IMG/VR virus record: IMGVR_UViG_3300025425_001694 | DNA from: a virus | Length of the DNA stretch: 64,000 nt | Strand: one strand, 5' to 3' | Part shown: positions 46,840 through 56,710 of the stretch, piece after piece | Numbering within the stretch: the first letter of the stretch is position 1 | Layout of the letters: every line of letters begins with the position of its first letter | The notes under the pieces: generated by a model | Database searches by the model: none | Seen by the model: only the letters and a program-made list of their open reading frames with translations | Told to the model about the DNA's origin: nothing | Position numbers and translations under genes: made by a program

Positions 46840-48681
46840 TTAGAGTGGCTGACCAACGATTTCATCAAACTCAACGCCAGTTCTTGTGGCAACGAATGTC
46901 AATTCAATAACGTTAATTGAACGAGCAGGCTTAATAAAGATATTGCCTCTAAACAAGTTTTTATCAACAACATCTGGGGTATTTACAGTTGCATCAGATA
47001 CAACCCTGAAATCAATAATACCACGCTTTCCTTGAATATCGCGAAGGAATGGTTCCACTAAGTTTTTAAACTGCGTTTGAGTAAACTCATCGTTAAAGTC
47101 AAAGAGGAACGACGCCGACACCGTAGATATAGCTTTCTCAACTGTGATGAAGAGGCGGCGAACATTAATACGAGTAAATGCGCTCCCAGTTGCTGTACCA
47201 AGTCCAGTTTTATCACCAAAGAGTAATACACCTTGGCCTACTTGAGTAATAACTGGGTTAATATCAGCACCGTATAATTGGTCTCTTTGAGCTTTATTTG
47301 GATTAAATGCTAATTTAACAACATTTTTAATAATACCTCTTTTAAAACCAGCTGGTGATACCCAAGGTTCTACTCTCACAGAAAGACCTGCAATGTCACC
47401 GTTTAAAGGTACCCAACGATATTCGTCGTTATATTTGTCGTAACGATATTTATATCCGCTGTCCATAAACCAATAAGACGAAGATTGCACAAGATTTCTA
47501 AATGCAATAACATTTGTCATTTTAGTTTCAGGATTTGATGGAGTAACAGCATCAGCTAAAGGCGGCGAAAAGTAAACAACGCAATCTTTTCTATGTTCAG
47601 CAATATTTGCTACAACATAGTTTGCGAGATTTGAGCTATCAGATTTACCACAAATAATAGCTGAAATATCAACTTCATTAGCATCTTTATATAAATCGTA
47701 ACCTAATGCTACTTGTCCAAACGGTACCGCAGCTTCGCCAAGACCGTCTGTGCCATCTGCCATACGATCATAAATTGGAATTGTAATAGCAGTACTAACC
47801 AATGTGCCAAGAGCTATTTGGTTAACCCATGCAGAAGAATTAAATATCACAGTAGGATAATAATTGTTTGTGCCGTCCGGGAGTTTTGCATTGGAATTAA
47901 CTGATAAGTTTTCATATAATTCAAGAACAGTACCAGCAGTTCCAGTGATTTCGCCACCAGCATCAATAACAGCAATGTGAATATTGTTTGCATTTGACGG
48001 CGCAGATTGCGCTATATTTGCATATCCCCATTTTCTTGTTATTTTTAATAGTGCAAGATCTGTTTCAGCTAACGTAAATCTGTTTTTTGTTGTTATTGTA
48101 TAGTTAAATGGTGCAGAGCCAGGACTTGCGGTATCATCAGAAAATGCGGATACAATAAGTTCTTGGTACCCTACTGAATCGTTTCCTATTCGTATAATAT
48201 CATCTTGTTGAATTTCACCAATTTCGGCTGTTAAACCAGTTATGCTAAAAGATGTTGAGTTAAACGTAATAGTACCTGCTATATCGCCTATAGCCACAAT
48301 CGCTTCCTCATAAGATGTAGAAGTTACTACGGAAACTTCAATGCTATTTCCTAGTTCTCCTGGATACTTTGCCTGAAAATACGTATTATCAGCGATTGCA
48401 GTATTTGCCCCATCAGTGACGCGAGTTACATATAACGCGTTTGAATATGACAAAAAGTCTGCTGCACTAAAAAAGGTTTCATGGTTTTGCCAAGTAGTGT
48501 TTGCGTGTGGTTTACCAAAACGACTAGCTAGTTCTTCTTCCGAAGAAACTAAAATGCGTTCGTTAACTGGACCCCAACGAAAAACACCGGCAATAGCGGC
48601 AGGTGGTGTTCCAATGGCCGGTATTACTGCCGACGCATCTACTTCCCTGACGATGACGGATGGACTTACAGAAAAAGTCAT
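46840..48681 (-). CDS. gp18: Contractile tail sheath
   Basis: SPSVIVRE, WGP, SPAG, RINVRRLF, IKPARSIN. Confidence 0.97.
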   Translation of the reverse strand: MTFSVSPSVIVREVDASAVIPAIGTPPAAIAGVFRWGPVNERILVSSEEELASRFGKPHANTTWQNHETFFSAADFLSYSNALYVTRVTDGANTAIADNTYFQAKYPGELGNSIEVSVVTSTSYEEAIVAIGDIAGTITFNSTSFSITGLTAEIGEIQQDDIIRIGNDSVGYQELIVSAFSDDTASPGSAPFNYTITTKNRFTLAETDLALLKITRKWGYANIAQSAPSNANNIHIAVIDAGGEITGTAGTVLELYENLSVNSNAKLPDGTNNYYPTVIFNSSAWVNQIALGTLVSTAITIPIYDRMADGTDGLGEAAVPFGQVALGYDLYKDANEVDISAIICGKSDSSNLANYVVANIAEHRKDCVVYFSPPLADAVTPSNPETKMTNVIAFRNLVQSSSYWFMDSGYKYRYDKYNDEYRWVPLNGDIAGLSVRVEPWVSPAGFKRGIIKNVVKLAFNPNKAQRDQLYGADINPVITQVGQGVLLFGDKTGLGTATGSAFTRINVRRLFITVEKAISTVSASFLFDFNDEFTQTQFKNLVEPFLRDIQGKRGIIDFRVVSDATVNTPDVVDKNLFRGNIFIKPARSINVIELTFVATRTGVEFDEIVGQPL

Positions 48682-48754
48682 ATTTTTCTCCCCTGTGTAA
48701 GGTTATTTGACACTTGTTTTCAATCTATTCTTGTCTATTTATAAAAAACCGTTT

Positions 48755-50365
48755 TTACATCATCCAACGTTCATCTTCTTCGATGGGCTGAAATCCTGTG
48801 CTTAACGCGTTTTCACCACTATCAATGAATCCAAATGGAAGAAGATCATCTTGTATTTGCGCTTCGGTCTTTGCTCTTAGTTTATGTAGTGTATTTATAT
48901 CTGTTATTTCTTTGAAATATGCTTGGCTTGTTAACCATCCAAATATTACCAAATTCATTACAAGATCGTCGTGAGATCCTGGTTCTGCTTCATACGAATT
49001 ACCCTTTTTAGAAAATCTTGATAACTCTTGAATAGTTTCAAAATCGTTTATAATAAATTGGTTTTGTTCAATCAACATTTTCAACATTGAACAACCAACC
49101 GCCTTCACGGATTTTGTAGTCCTAACACCGGTATCAGCCATTTTGCCAAAACCAGAAGAAATTCTTTTACCTTCTCGGCCTGCGCTTTCTGTATGAAGTA
49201 AACTTTCGTAACCAAAGTCCATCAAAAGAGTATCGGATACTTGAGAACCAATATCATTAATTTCAACTAAAACCAATGCTTGGTTATATGCAGTACCTAC
49301 GCGATATATAATAGATGCAAAATCTATTGGAGATATGTAATTATCTCTAAAAGTACAAACCTGCCTATACGGCATTGTTGTAATATCTATTACGTTAAAC
49401 GTGGAATAATCTAAACCCTTTCCTCGGGAAACGTCAACAGTCATTGCGTATATGTGATTTTTTTCTGCTTGTGCGTATTGGCTAATACCTTCACTTGCAT
49501 ATAATGGTGTAGAAAACGCCAATTCTTTCAATTTGGAGCCAGAAATGAGTGTACCAGAAGATCCTAAAAATTGTCCGTTGTATTCTTGATTAAACTTTTC
49601 TTCATCATGATCTAACGCTTCTAGTGTTTCAGTTTTCCATTTTTCGTTTCTTCCTGGTACGTCACTCCATACAACTTTTACAAACTCGTATCCATTCGTT
49701 CCTTCTTCGGCCCCCTTACAAGTTTTCCAAAAATGGTTTAAACCGTTTGGTGTAGAGGTCATTAAAAGCTTTGTAGATTCACCCGATGAAATAGTAGGAT
49801 ATACTGACGCGAAGAATTCGTCATACCCCTCAATGAAGGCTACCTCATCTAGATACAAGAATGAGATAGACTTACCACGAATTGCAGAGCTAGATGTTGT
49901 ACCAGCTAAAACGTTACATCCGTTTTCTAATGCAATGTTACCTTTGTTCCATTCTTCGACGCCATGCTGTAGCCATTTTGGTAATGCTTCGTACGCAAGT
50001 TTAATTCTCGCAAGAACTTCCCTTGCAGCGTCGCCTTTGTTAGCAAGAACCGCAGCAGTTTTAAATTCGTTAAATAGAATATAGTGTAATATGACCGCAA
50101 CAGCCGTAGTAGTTTTTCCGGCTTGCCTTGCAGTTAAAACAGCAACTCTTCTATTATTAGTTATTTTTTCAACAATTTCTTGCTGATAGTCATACATATT
50201 TAAAGGAATAAGACCATGATCTACATGAACGATTTTAATATAATTACGCGCAAAATAAACAGGATCTTCTGAACATTTTAAATATTCTTTAATTAATTCT
50301 GGAGTCCATTCTATCTGTTCACCAGTTTTCTTTAAATGTATGTTACCTAAGTAACCATCACTCAT
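48755..50365 (-). CDS. gp17: Terminase large subunit
   Basis: ARQAGKTT, LDEVAF, STPNG, DVSRG, HDDLVM. Confidence 0.97.
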   Translation of the reverse strand: MSDGYLGNIHLKKTGEQIEWTPELIKEYLKCSEDPVYFARNYIKIVHVDHGLIPLNMYDYQQEIVEKITNNRRVAVLTARQAGKTTTAVAVILHYILFNEFKTAAVLANKGDAAREVLARIKLAYEALPKWLQHGVEEWNKGNIALENGCNVLAGTTSSSAIRGKSISFLYLDEVAFIEGYDEFFASVYPTISSGESTKLLMTSTPNGLNHFWKTCKGAEEGTNGYEFVKVVWSDVPGRNEKWKTETLEALDHDEEKFNQEYNGQFLGSSGTLISGSKLKELAFSTPLYASEGISQYAQAEKNHIYAMTVDVSRGKGLDYSTFNVIDITTMPYRQVCTFRDNYISPIDFASIIYRVGTAYNQALVLVEINDIGSQVSDTLLMDFGYESLLHTESAGREGKRISSGFGKMADTGVRTTKSVKAVGCSMLKMLIEQNQFIINDFETIQELSRFSKKGNSYEAEPGSHDDLVMNLVIFGWLTSQAYFKEITDINTLHKLRAKTEAQIQDDLLPFGFIDSGENALSTGFQPIEEDERWMM

Positions 50366-50795
50366 TAGTTTCACCCTTAATCATTTTAAGTAAATCAGCT
50401 GTAGAAAGTATAAGATTATTATTTGTTACGTTTTGCTGAGTATTAGATGCGCCGTTTTTTTCTTCTTTTGCATATTTTTTCTTAGTTGACATTTCAACAA
50501 AATCTTTGTTTGCGTCAAGGAGTGTTTTCATTAATGTTGATGCGACTTCAAACGCACGTGGAGATTCTGACTGTTTTGCTAGTTCTATCATTTCTTTTAA
50601 TGCGTCATCACCTTGCTCTATAATATTTTTTATATTTCCACGAGCTTGCTCAATATCAACAATAGTGTCATCTTCATCGCTCGAAGCTTCTATTATTTCT
50701 AACGGTTTTTCTTCAATTACTTCTGGCAAATTTTCTTGTTTAGCTTCTTCTAAAGGTCTTAAACCGAGAACTTTTGCAATTTTGTCTTCGCTCAT
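50358..50795 (-). CDS. gp16: Terminase small subunit
   Basis: SESPRAFEV, NNNLILSTADL. Confidence 0.92.
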   Translation of the reverse strand: MSEDKIAKVLGLRPLEEAKQENLPEVIEEKPLEIIEASSDEDDTIVDIEQARGNIKNIIEQGDDALKEMIELAKQSESPRAFEVASTLMKTLLDANKDFVEMSTKKKYAKEEKNGASNTQQNVTNNNLILSTADLLKMIKGETNE

Positions 50796-51613
50796 ACTTC
50801 GGCCTCAGGATCTTCGGTCACAACTCCAATTGGAGCCCAATCATCATCATACTCAACGTCTAAGTAAGGTATGGCCTCATCTACATCGGTTGTTGGTGCT
50901 CCATTTGCAGTCAACCCAGGGAATGTGTTTATGCCCCTTACAGGGTTTACTGTTGCCCCATTCGTTGTATCATAGACATCAGTATCAATAAACTTAATTA
51001 TTTTATTATCTTTTTCCGGTCCAAAATACCAGCATTTCATTGTAAAGTTGAGAGTCCACAGTACAGATCTTCTTTCAGTAAACGCGCCTTCGTACAATTC
51101 TTCGTTCGTAACACCATTTAAAATAAGTGGTATATCAATAGGATCCATGTCATCGATTAATTTAACAGTTGATGTCCATTCCGGTTTAAAGAATGGAATT
51201 ATTTGTTCGACTATTTTTGTTGCATCTTCAGAATATTTTGTCATAATGTATAACGAAAAATCTACATTGTATGGAGCTCCAGACCAAGTGTAGTATCTCT
51301 TATCCTCAGTCTCTGGGTTGGTTTTAAACATTCTTTGTTTTGATGCAATCTTACGAGTACCATCGTATGCCATGTTTGTCATTTCAAAAGACATTCGCGG
51401 GAGTGTAATTGAAGAAGGGTTACTTAAGTTCGGATCTTGTGTAATTTTTGCAAGAAACTTCTGAAAAGGGCCATAAGCAATAGGTACTATAATACTTTGT
51501 ACTTCAGCGTCATTGTTTCCATTCCGCGTGATACGAATCTTATTAAAAAGAGTACCAAACAGAGCAACATATTTTCTTGTACTTGAATTATAAAAGTGAT
51601 TTACAAATGCCAT
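50792..51613 (-). CDS. gp15: Tail sheath stabiliser/terminator
   Basis: FGTLFN, VPIAYGP, LPRMSFE, QIIPFF. Confidence 0.93.
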   Translation of the reverse strand: MAFVNHFYNSSTRKYVALFGTLFNKIRITRNGNNDAEVQSIIVPIAYGPFQKFLAKITQDPNLSNPSSITLPRMSFEMTNMAYDGTRKIASKQRMFKTNPETEDKRYYTWSGAPYNVDFSLYIMTKYSEDATKIVEQIIPFFKPEWTSTVKLIDDMDPIDIPLILNGVTNEELYEGAFTERRSVLWTLNFTMKCWYFGPEKDNKIIKFIDTDVYDTTNGATVNPVRGINTFPGLTANGAPTTDVDEAIPYLDVEYDDDWAPIGVVTEDPEAEV

Positions 51614-51645
51614 AGTTTATCCTATTTTTACACTTATTCGTTTCA

Positions 51646-52551
51646 TTATACTTGTTGGCCTGCAGAGTAGTACCGTGCTTGTGTTAAATCACCAACATCA
51701 GTCGCATTTCCATCAGATGCAAAAGGAAACTTATCAATTGTTCCGATGCCGGGAGTTCCGCCCGATGCATAACCGGATGCATTGCTTGATTGGCCTGCAG
51801 CCCCGGATCTACCTTGTGTTAAATCACCAACATCAGTCGCATTGCCGTCAGCAGCAAAAGGAAACTTATCAATTGTTCCGACTACCGGGGGAGTTCCGCC
51901 TGATGCATAACCAGATACATCGCTTGATTGGCCTGCAGGCCCGGCTGTCGCTACTGTTAAATCACCAACATCAGTCGCATTGCCGTCAGCCGCAAAGGGG
52001 AACTTATCAATTATCATGCTCCAATTGCCGGGGTCCATTCCGCCTGAAGTATACCCAGATACAGTACTTGACTGACCTGCCGCCACATATCTTGCTTGTG
52101 TTAGATCACCAACATCTGTTGCATTTCCGTCAGATGCAAAAGGAAACTTGTCAATAACAGTAGAAGTTGGAAAATGGCCACCAGACGAATAACCCGACAC
52201 TGTACTCGATTGACCCGCAACGGTCTGTCTTGCTACTGTCAAATCGCCAACGTCTGTTGCATTACCATCAGCTGCAAAAGGAAACTTGTCAATAACAGTA
52301 GAATAGGGAGGTGCAGTCCCACCAGAAGTATATCCGGATACTACGCTTGATTGCCCTCCACATATTTGTCCTCTTAATACTGTCAAATCGCCAACGTCTG
52401 TTGCATTGGCATCAGATGCAAAAGGAAATTTATCAATTACATTTGTGGACGCGGTTCCGCCTGAAGTATAACCGCTTACCGAGCCTTGTGCATGTGACGG
52501 GTTTGATACATGTACACTTGCTATCTTATCTTGAGTAATTTTTATTGCCAT
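51646..52551 (-). CDS. Six-repeat Kelch-like beta-propeller protein A
   Basis: 6 x [SGYxSGG-var-IDKFPFAxDxNATDVGDLT-var-AGQ]. Confidence 0.75.
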   Translation of the reverse strand: MAIKITQDKIASVHVSNPSHAQGSVSGYTSGGTASTNVIDKFPFASDANATDVGDLTVLRGQICGGQSSVVSGYTSGGTAPPYSTVIDKFPFAADGNATDVGDLTVARQTVAGQSSTVSGYSSGGHFPTSTVIDKFPFASDGNATDVGDLTQARYVAAGQSSTVSGYTSGGMDPGNWSMIIDKFPFAADGNATDVGDLTVATAGPAGQSSDVSGYASGGTPPVVGTIDKFPFAADGNATDVGDLTQGRSGAAGQSSNASGYASGGTPGIGTIDKFPFASDGNATDVGDLTQARYYSAGQQV

Positions 52552-53451
52552 TTTTCTATCCTAATATTTTATACTCGTTTGTTGACATTATACTTGTTGA
52601 CCTGCTAAACTATAACGACCCGCTGTTAAATTTCCTACATCAGTTGCATTACCGTCAGCCGCAAAGGGGAACTTGTCGATAATATTAGATTGGGCAGGGA
52701 CTTTGCCACCAGAAGAATAACCAGACGCGGTGCTCGATTGACCAGCTGCCTGGCGTTTTACCGTCGTTAAATCACCAACATCAGTAGCGTTAGCGTCAGA
52801 TGCAAAAGGAAACTTGTCGATAATATTTGTGAACGCGCCGCCATCGCCACCAGAAGTATATCCGGATACTGTGCTCGATTGACCAGCTGCATACCTTGTT
52901 ACTCTTGTCAAATCACCAACATCAGTTGCATTACCGTCAGCCGCAAAGGGGAATTTATCAATTATATTTCCAGACCCCAATGTGCTATACCCAGCTGAAG
53001 AATATCCGGATACTGCGCTTGATTGGCCAGCCGGGGAATATCTACCTTGTGTTAAATCACCAACATCAGTTGCATTACCGTCAGCCGCAAAGGGGAACTT
53101 GTCGATAACATTTGTAAGCGTCATGGCGCCGGTTGGATTGGTTCGCCCGCCTGAAGTATAACCAGACGCGTCGCTTGATTGACCAGCCATATAATAACGA
53201 ACCTGTGTCAAATCACCAACGTCAGTTGCATTTCCGTCAGAAGCAAATGCAAACTTATCAATTGTATTCTGCAATGCCTGTGCCGGCCACGTGTTTCCAC
53301 CTGAAGTATACCCAGATACAGTACTTGACTGACCTGCCACAGCATATCTTGCTTGTGTTAGATCACCAACATCTGTTGCATTTCCGTCAGATGCAAAAGG
53401 AAACTTGTCAATAACAGTAGAAGCTGGAAACATGCCACCAGACGAATAACC
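52043..53451. repeat. 152-bp near-identical segment shared by the two propeller genes
   Basis: 52043-52194 vs 53300-53451, 7 mismatches. Confidence 0.9.
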
Positions 53452-53589
53452 ACTTACCGAGCCTTGTTCAGGCGTCGTTGGATGATCGGCAAATTCTAAA
53501 TAGTCATTTACAACAAACTTTGTTTTGTCACCCGGGTTAATATTACCGGATGCATCTACAACTACGGTACCTTTTACTTTATATGTCAT
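52588..53589 (-). CDS. Six-repeat Kelch-like beta-propeller protein B
   Basis: Same framework as A with different loops and N-terminus; both end AGQQV. Confidence 0.75.
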   Translation of the reverse strand: MTYKVKGTVVVDASGNINPGDKTKFVVNDYLEFADHPTTPEQGSVSGYSSGGMFPASTVIDKFPFASDGNATDVGDLTQARYAVAGQSSTVSGYTSGGNTWPAQALQNTIDKFAFASDGNATDVGDLTQVRYYMAGQSSDASGYTSGGRTNPTGAMTLTNVIDKFPFAADGNATDVGDLTQGRYSPAGQSSAVSGYSSAGYSTLGSGNIIDKFPFAADGNATDVGDLTRVTRYAAGQSSTVSGYTSGGDGGAFTNIIDKFPFASDANATDVGDLTTVKRQAAGQSSTASGYSSGGKVPAQSNIIDKFPFAADGNATDVGNLTAGRYSLAGQQV

Positions 53590-53594
53590 ATATC

Positions 53595-54275
53595 TTATCC
53601 AGCATCTGTTGGGTTTGTGATAGTTTCGCTAAACGGATCTATCTCTGTGAAATCTATTATATCATCACCAGCATCTTCAAAGTCTATATTATTTGCAATA
53701 GGATCTTTTGTTTTTAATGCAGTGAGCGAAGTAACAGCAGTTGTTTTATAATTATCAAAAAATGTATCTATATCCGATACACCAGTTTGGAATCTTTCAT
53801 TGGAATATTCAAACAATTCGCACTGAAGGTCGAACACTTGTAAAGCACCACTCTGATAGAAGACGCTCTCATGTTCAACGTGAGTAATTTTAAAGAACTT
53901 GTTAACCATTGGAAAGTATACCAGTTCTCCTTCCTTTGGTCTTAAAATAGTAGGGATTATGTTAGTTACATTTTTCTCAAATGTTCGCATTGCAACAGTA
54001 AATGTAACTTGGTCACGAATTTGTAAACCAAACCTACTAAGGAAGTCGCCTTCACCTTGAAATCCATCAACACTCTTAACATACATTTCCATTTCATATG
54101 AAGTATTAAAGATCGAAAGATCATCTTCATTTAATATATTGTCTACAGCCTGCAAACTACGAGTAAGATAATACGTGTCTATCCCATAAATCTGAATAGA
54201 CTCGATCACCAGGTCATCAATGAGAGTCTGTTCGTTTGAATAATCATAATTATTAAAATATGCGTTAGTAGCCAT
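53595..54275 (-). CDS. gp14: Neck protein
   Basis: EQTLIDDLVIESI, FGLQIRD, RPKEG, CELFEYS, FTEIDPF. Confidence 0.93.
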   Translation of the reverse strand: MATNAYFNNYDYSNEQTLIDDLVIESIQIYGIDTYYLTRSLQAVDNILNEDDLSIFNTSYEMEMYVKSVDGFQGEGDFLSRFGLQIRDQVTFTVAMRTFEKNVTNIIPTILRPKEGELVYFPMVNKFFKITHVEHESVFYQSGALQVFDLQCELFEYSNERFQTGVSDIDTFFDNYKTTAVTSLTALKTKDPIANNIDFEDAGDDIIDFTEIDPFSETITNPTDAG

Positions 54276-54278
54276 GTA

Positions 54279-55022
54279 TTAACCCACAAAATTATAGGTA
54301 AGCGGTTGCAGGGAATTAATAGCGTTTTCTTCCATCTCTTTTCGATCTGTCTTAGCTTCGCTTAATATTTGCTCACCGTTAAACTGTACACCACCTACAA
54401 GTTGCATGTTTGTAAACTTCGTTAAATTAAATCCCCATTGTTCTCTTACTAGAGCTGAAGTGTAATTTTGAAGAAAGCGATCTTGCCAAACATCAGCATA
54501 TGTTTCACCACTTATGATATCATATCCTTCAATGATAATATGCGATCCTGCGACCATTATATTTTTCTTACCATCAATATAAAGGCGATTTACATGGCGG
54601 TTATATCGTACTAAAGGTTTTCCTACTAAAATTTCCTGAAGAAATTGCAGATGAGACATTGACATATAATAGTTCTGTATACTATATCCTGTAATATCAC
54701 TGAGGTTATTTAAAACGAATTGGTATTGCACATTAAAAATGCCAGTACCCGTTGACACAGATGAGCTCAAGTCAAATATTCGAGTAACACCGAGCATATT
54801 TTCCGGTACTGTGACATAACCTTGATCTATTTCAGCTTGGGTGAGCTCGTGCTTAAGATAAACCATTTGACTTCCATCATAATGATAATCTCTCCAAAAA
54901 GATATAGCTTCGTCAATACGGTCTTCAATTTGTTCTTCGGAAACATTTATTTGAATGACCGGAGCACCTATTTTACGAAGTACGTAATCTTTAAACTCTT
55001 CGCGTGTTGTTGGTAATGCCAT
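54279..55022 (-). CDS. gp13: Neck protein
   Basis: LRKIGAPVIQINV, YHYDG, QWGFNL.KF, GGVQFNG. Confidence 0.95.
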   Translation of the reverse strand: MALPTTREEFKDYVLRKIGAPVIQINVSEEQIEDRIDEAISFWRDYHYDGSQMVYLKHELTQAEIDQGYVTVPENMLGVTRIFDLSSSVSTGTGIFNVQYQFVLNNLSDITGYSIQNYYMSMSHLQFLQEILVGKPLVRYNRHVNRLYIDGKKNIMVAGSHIIIEGYDIISGETYADVWQDRFLQNYTSALVREQWGFNLTKFTNMQLVGGVQFNGEQILSEAKTDRKEMEENAINSLQPLTYNFVG

Positions 55023-55076
55023 GTGAGTTAACCTATTTTTGTTTATATTTATAAAAAAAGAGCTATTGTCATTTTT

Positions 55077-55239
55077 CTATTGACATTTTTCAAATAATAG
55101 ATATAATAGAATTATCTATTCTGGGAGTTGTGGTACTAGATTACAATAATTTAATTCAATGCAGGTACCATTTTTCCATTGACATTTCTTCAACAATGAG
55201 TATAATAGAATTATATATTCTAGGAGCCATGGTATTAGA
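55077..55239 (+). repeat. Two diverged ~63-bp promoter-containing units pointing antisense into the minus-strand operon
   Basis: attgacattt...agaattat(c/a)tattct(g/a)ggag...tggta(c/t)taga at about 55077 and 55176; second has TTGACA-N16-TATAAT. Confidence 0.7.
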
Positions 55240-55993
55240 CGCGTTCTATATCTTCTTCAATGCAATTACTGCCGTACTGTATTTCAACTATCCTAACTTC
55301 ATCATTTGTATTATTTATCAATTGATGCCATGTATGGACCGGAATGTATATTTCACCATGTTTTTTAAGTACTGATGTCTGTATATTATCTAGATCATCA
55401 CCATGATTTACGGTTGCTTCTCCGTAACTTACAATCCAATATTCACTTCTTGTTTCGTGTTTCTGCAAACTAAGCGATCTTCCAGGCGCAACAACAAGTT
55501 CTTTTACTTTAGTGGATGGGCCATCAGAATGAAGTACGCGATAATATCCCCATTTTCTTTCTGTTTTTGGTGTTTTCCACTCAGTAAGTATTTTACTGCT
55601 GGAATTCATCTTGTGAATTCCACCTACTCCGAAAACAAATGATAATCTCTTATCTTTAATTTTCATTTCTGGAATGTTATCATCTGTTCTATCTCCACCG
55701 TTCGCAAAGATAATTTCAGCGTTTGGATACATATTTAAACAATTATGAATTGCCTGGGATGCACCACCATCGCTATCGTCGAATACCATTACAGAGTCAA
55801 CGACAGAAAGATTTTTTACAATCTCAACTCTTTCGTTAATATCCATAAACGGTTGGCCTTTTTTACGAGTCAGCCATTCGTTGCTATTTACCCCAACAAC
55901 TAGCACGTCCCCTAACTTTTTCGCTTCATTAAAATATGCTATATGACCAGAATGAATCGGGTCAAATCCGCCTGTAACTAAAACTACTTTCAT
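55235..55993 (-). CDS. Cytidylyltransferase fused to a mannose-6-P-isomerase-type cupin
   Basis: GGFDPIHSGH, ANGGDR, NSSS; RKWG, LSLQKH..RSEYW, WHQL, EIQYG...EEDIER. Confidence 0.88.
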   Translation of the reverse strand: MKVVLVTGGFDPIHSGHIAYFNEAKKLGDVLVVGVNSNEWLTRKKGQPFMDINERVEIVKNLSVVDSVMVFDDSDGGASQAIHNCLNMYPNAEIIFANGGDRTDDNIPEMKIKDKRLSFVFGVGGIHKMNSSSKILTEWKTPKTERKWGYYRVLHSDGPSTKVKELVVAPGRSLSLQKHETRSEYWIVSYGEATVNHGDDLDNIQTSVLKKHGEIYIPVHTWHQLINNTNDEVRIVEIQYGSNCIEEDIERV

Positions 55994-55995
55994 TA

Positions 55996-56709
55996 TCAAT
56001 CTCCTAAATGCATATTTGAAACTTCGCCATCAAAGAAAAACATTTGCCACATTCTACAATCATGTATATTGCTACCAAAATATTCAGAAGCAGCATGTAT
56101 TGATCCACCTTCGAATATAACTAATCTGTTAAAAATATTACCAAAAGAATCTACCGTATCGTATGGAGTCTTATCTAAAAATGTATTTCCAGGAAATACT
56201 TTATGGCCAGTCCCATCGTTCCAATTAATTTGGGAATTATGATGGATTTTAGTTTCTCTATGCATATAGGTACTTGTACCAGTTTGTGGTGGGGCATCTG
56301 GAGTTAGGTATATCATAGCGGCCCATTTTTGTTGGTCACAGTGATATACTAATTTTTCACCGGCGTGGTTGTGTTGAAACCTTCCGTTCATACCATATGT
56401 TTCCCATTCGCTAATTCTTTCGCCAATGATACTTTCAAATGTTTCCTTTAGTCCTGGAAAAAGGTGTTGTGTTCTTGTTCTTTTACCGATATACCCGTCA
56501 TCATCAAAGTATTCTTGTTGAAGCGCAAATTCTCGCATCGCGTAAGGATCCGCATAAAAATTATCAATTATGAATGCTCTTTTGTTTTCTTGTAGATTGG
56601 GGTTAACCGCGTATACAGAAGAATCGTCATGATGAGTAATTTCTTCATCTTGAACTTCTATAATTTCTTCTTCTGTAATTTCTTCTTCTGTAATAAGCCA
56701 ATTTTTCAT
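55996..56709 (-). CDS. 2OG-Fe(II) oxygenase-like protein (DUF6445-like)
   Basis: IIDNFY.DP, YHCD, IYLTP, GT, FNRLV, IHAA, R..Q.FF. Confidence 0.75.
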   Translation of the reverse strand: MKNWLITEEEITEEEIIEVQDEEITHHDDSSVYAVNPNLQENKRAFIIDNFYADPYAMREFALQQEYFDDDGYIGKRTRTQHLFPGLKETFESIIGERISEWETYGMNGRFQHNHAGEKLVYHCDQQKWAAMIYLTPDAPPQTGTSTYMHRETKIHHNSQINWNDGTGHKVFPGNTFLDKTPYDTVDSFGNIFNRLVIFEGGSIHAASEYFGSNIHDCRMWQMFFFDGEVSNMHLGD

Positions 56710-56710
56710 A

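Noticed and set aside
51646-53589. CRISPR array or DGR template/variable repeat pair
   Set aside because: Repeats are in-frame coding units with synonymous variation; differences are not adenine-specific; no cas operon or reverse transcriptase in the window
55130-55375. Plus-strand 81-aa ORF
   Set aside because: Runs through promoter-like repeats and antisense into a real gene; SD-start spacing only 2-3 nt
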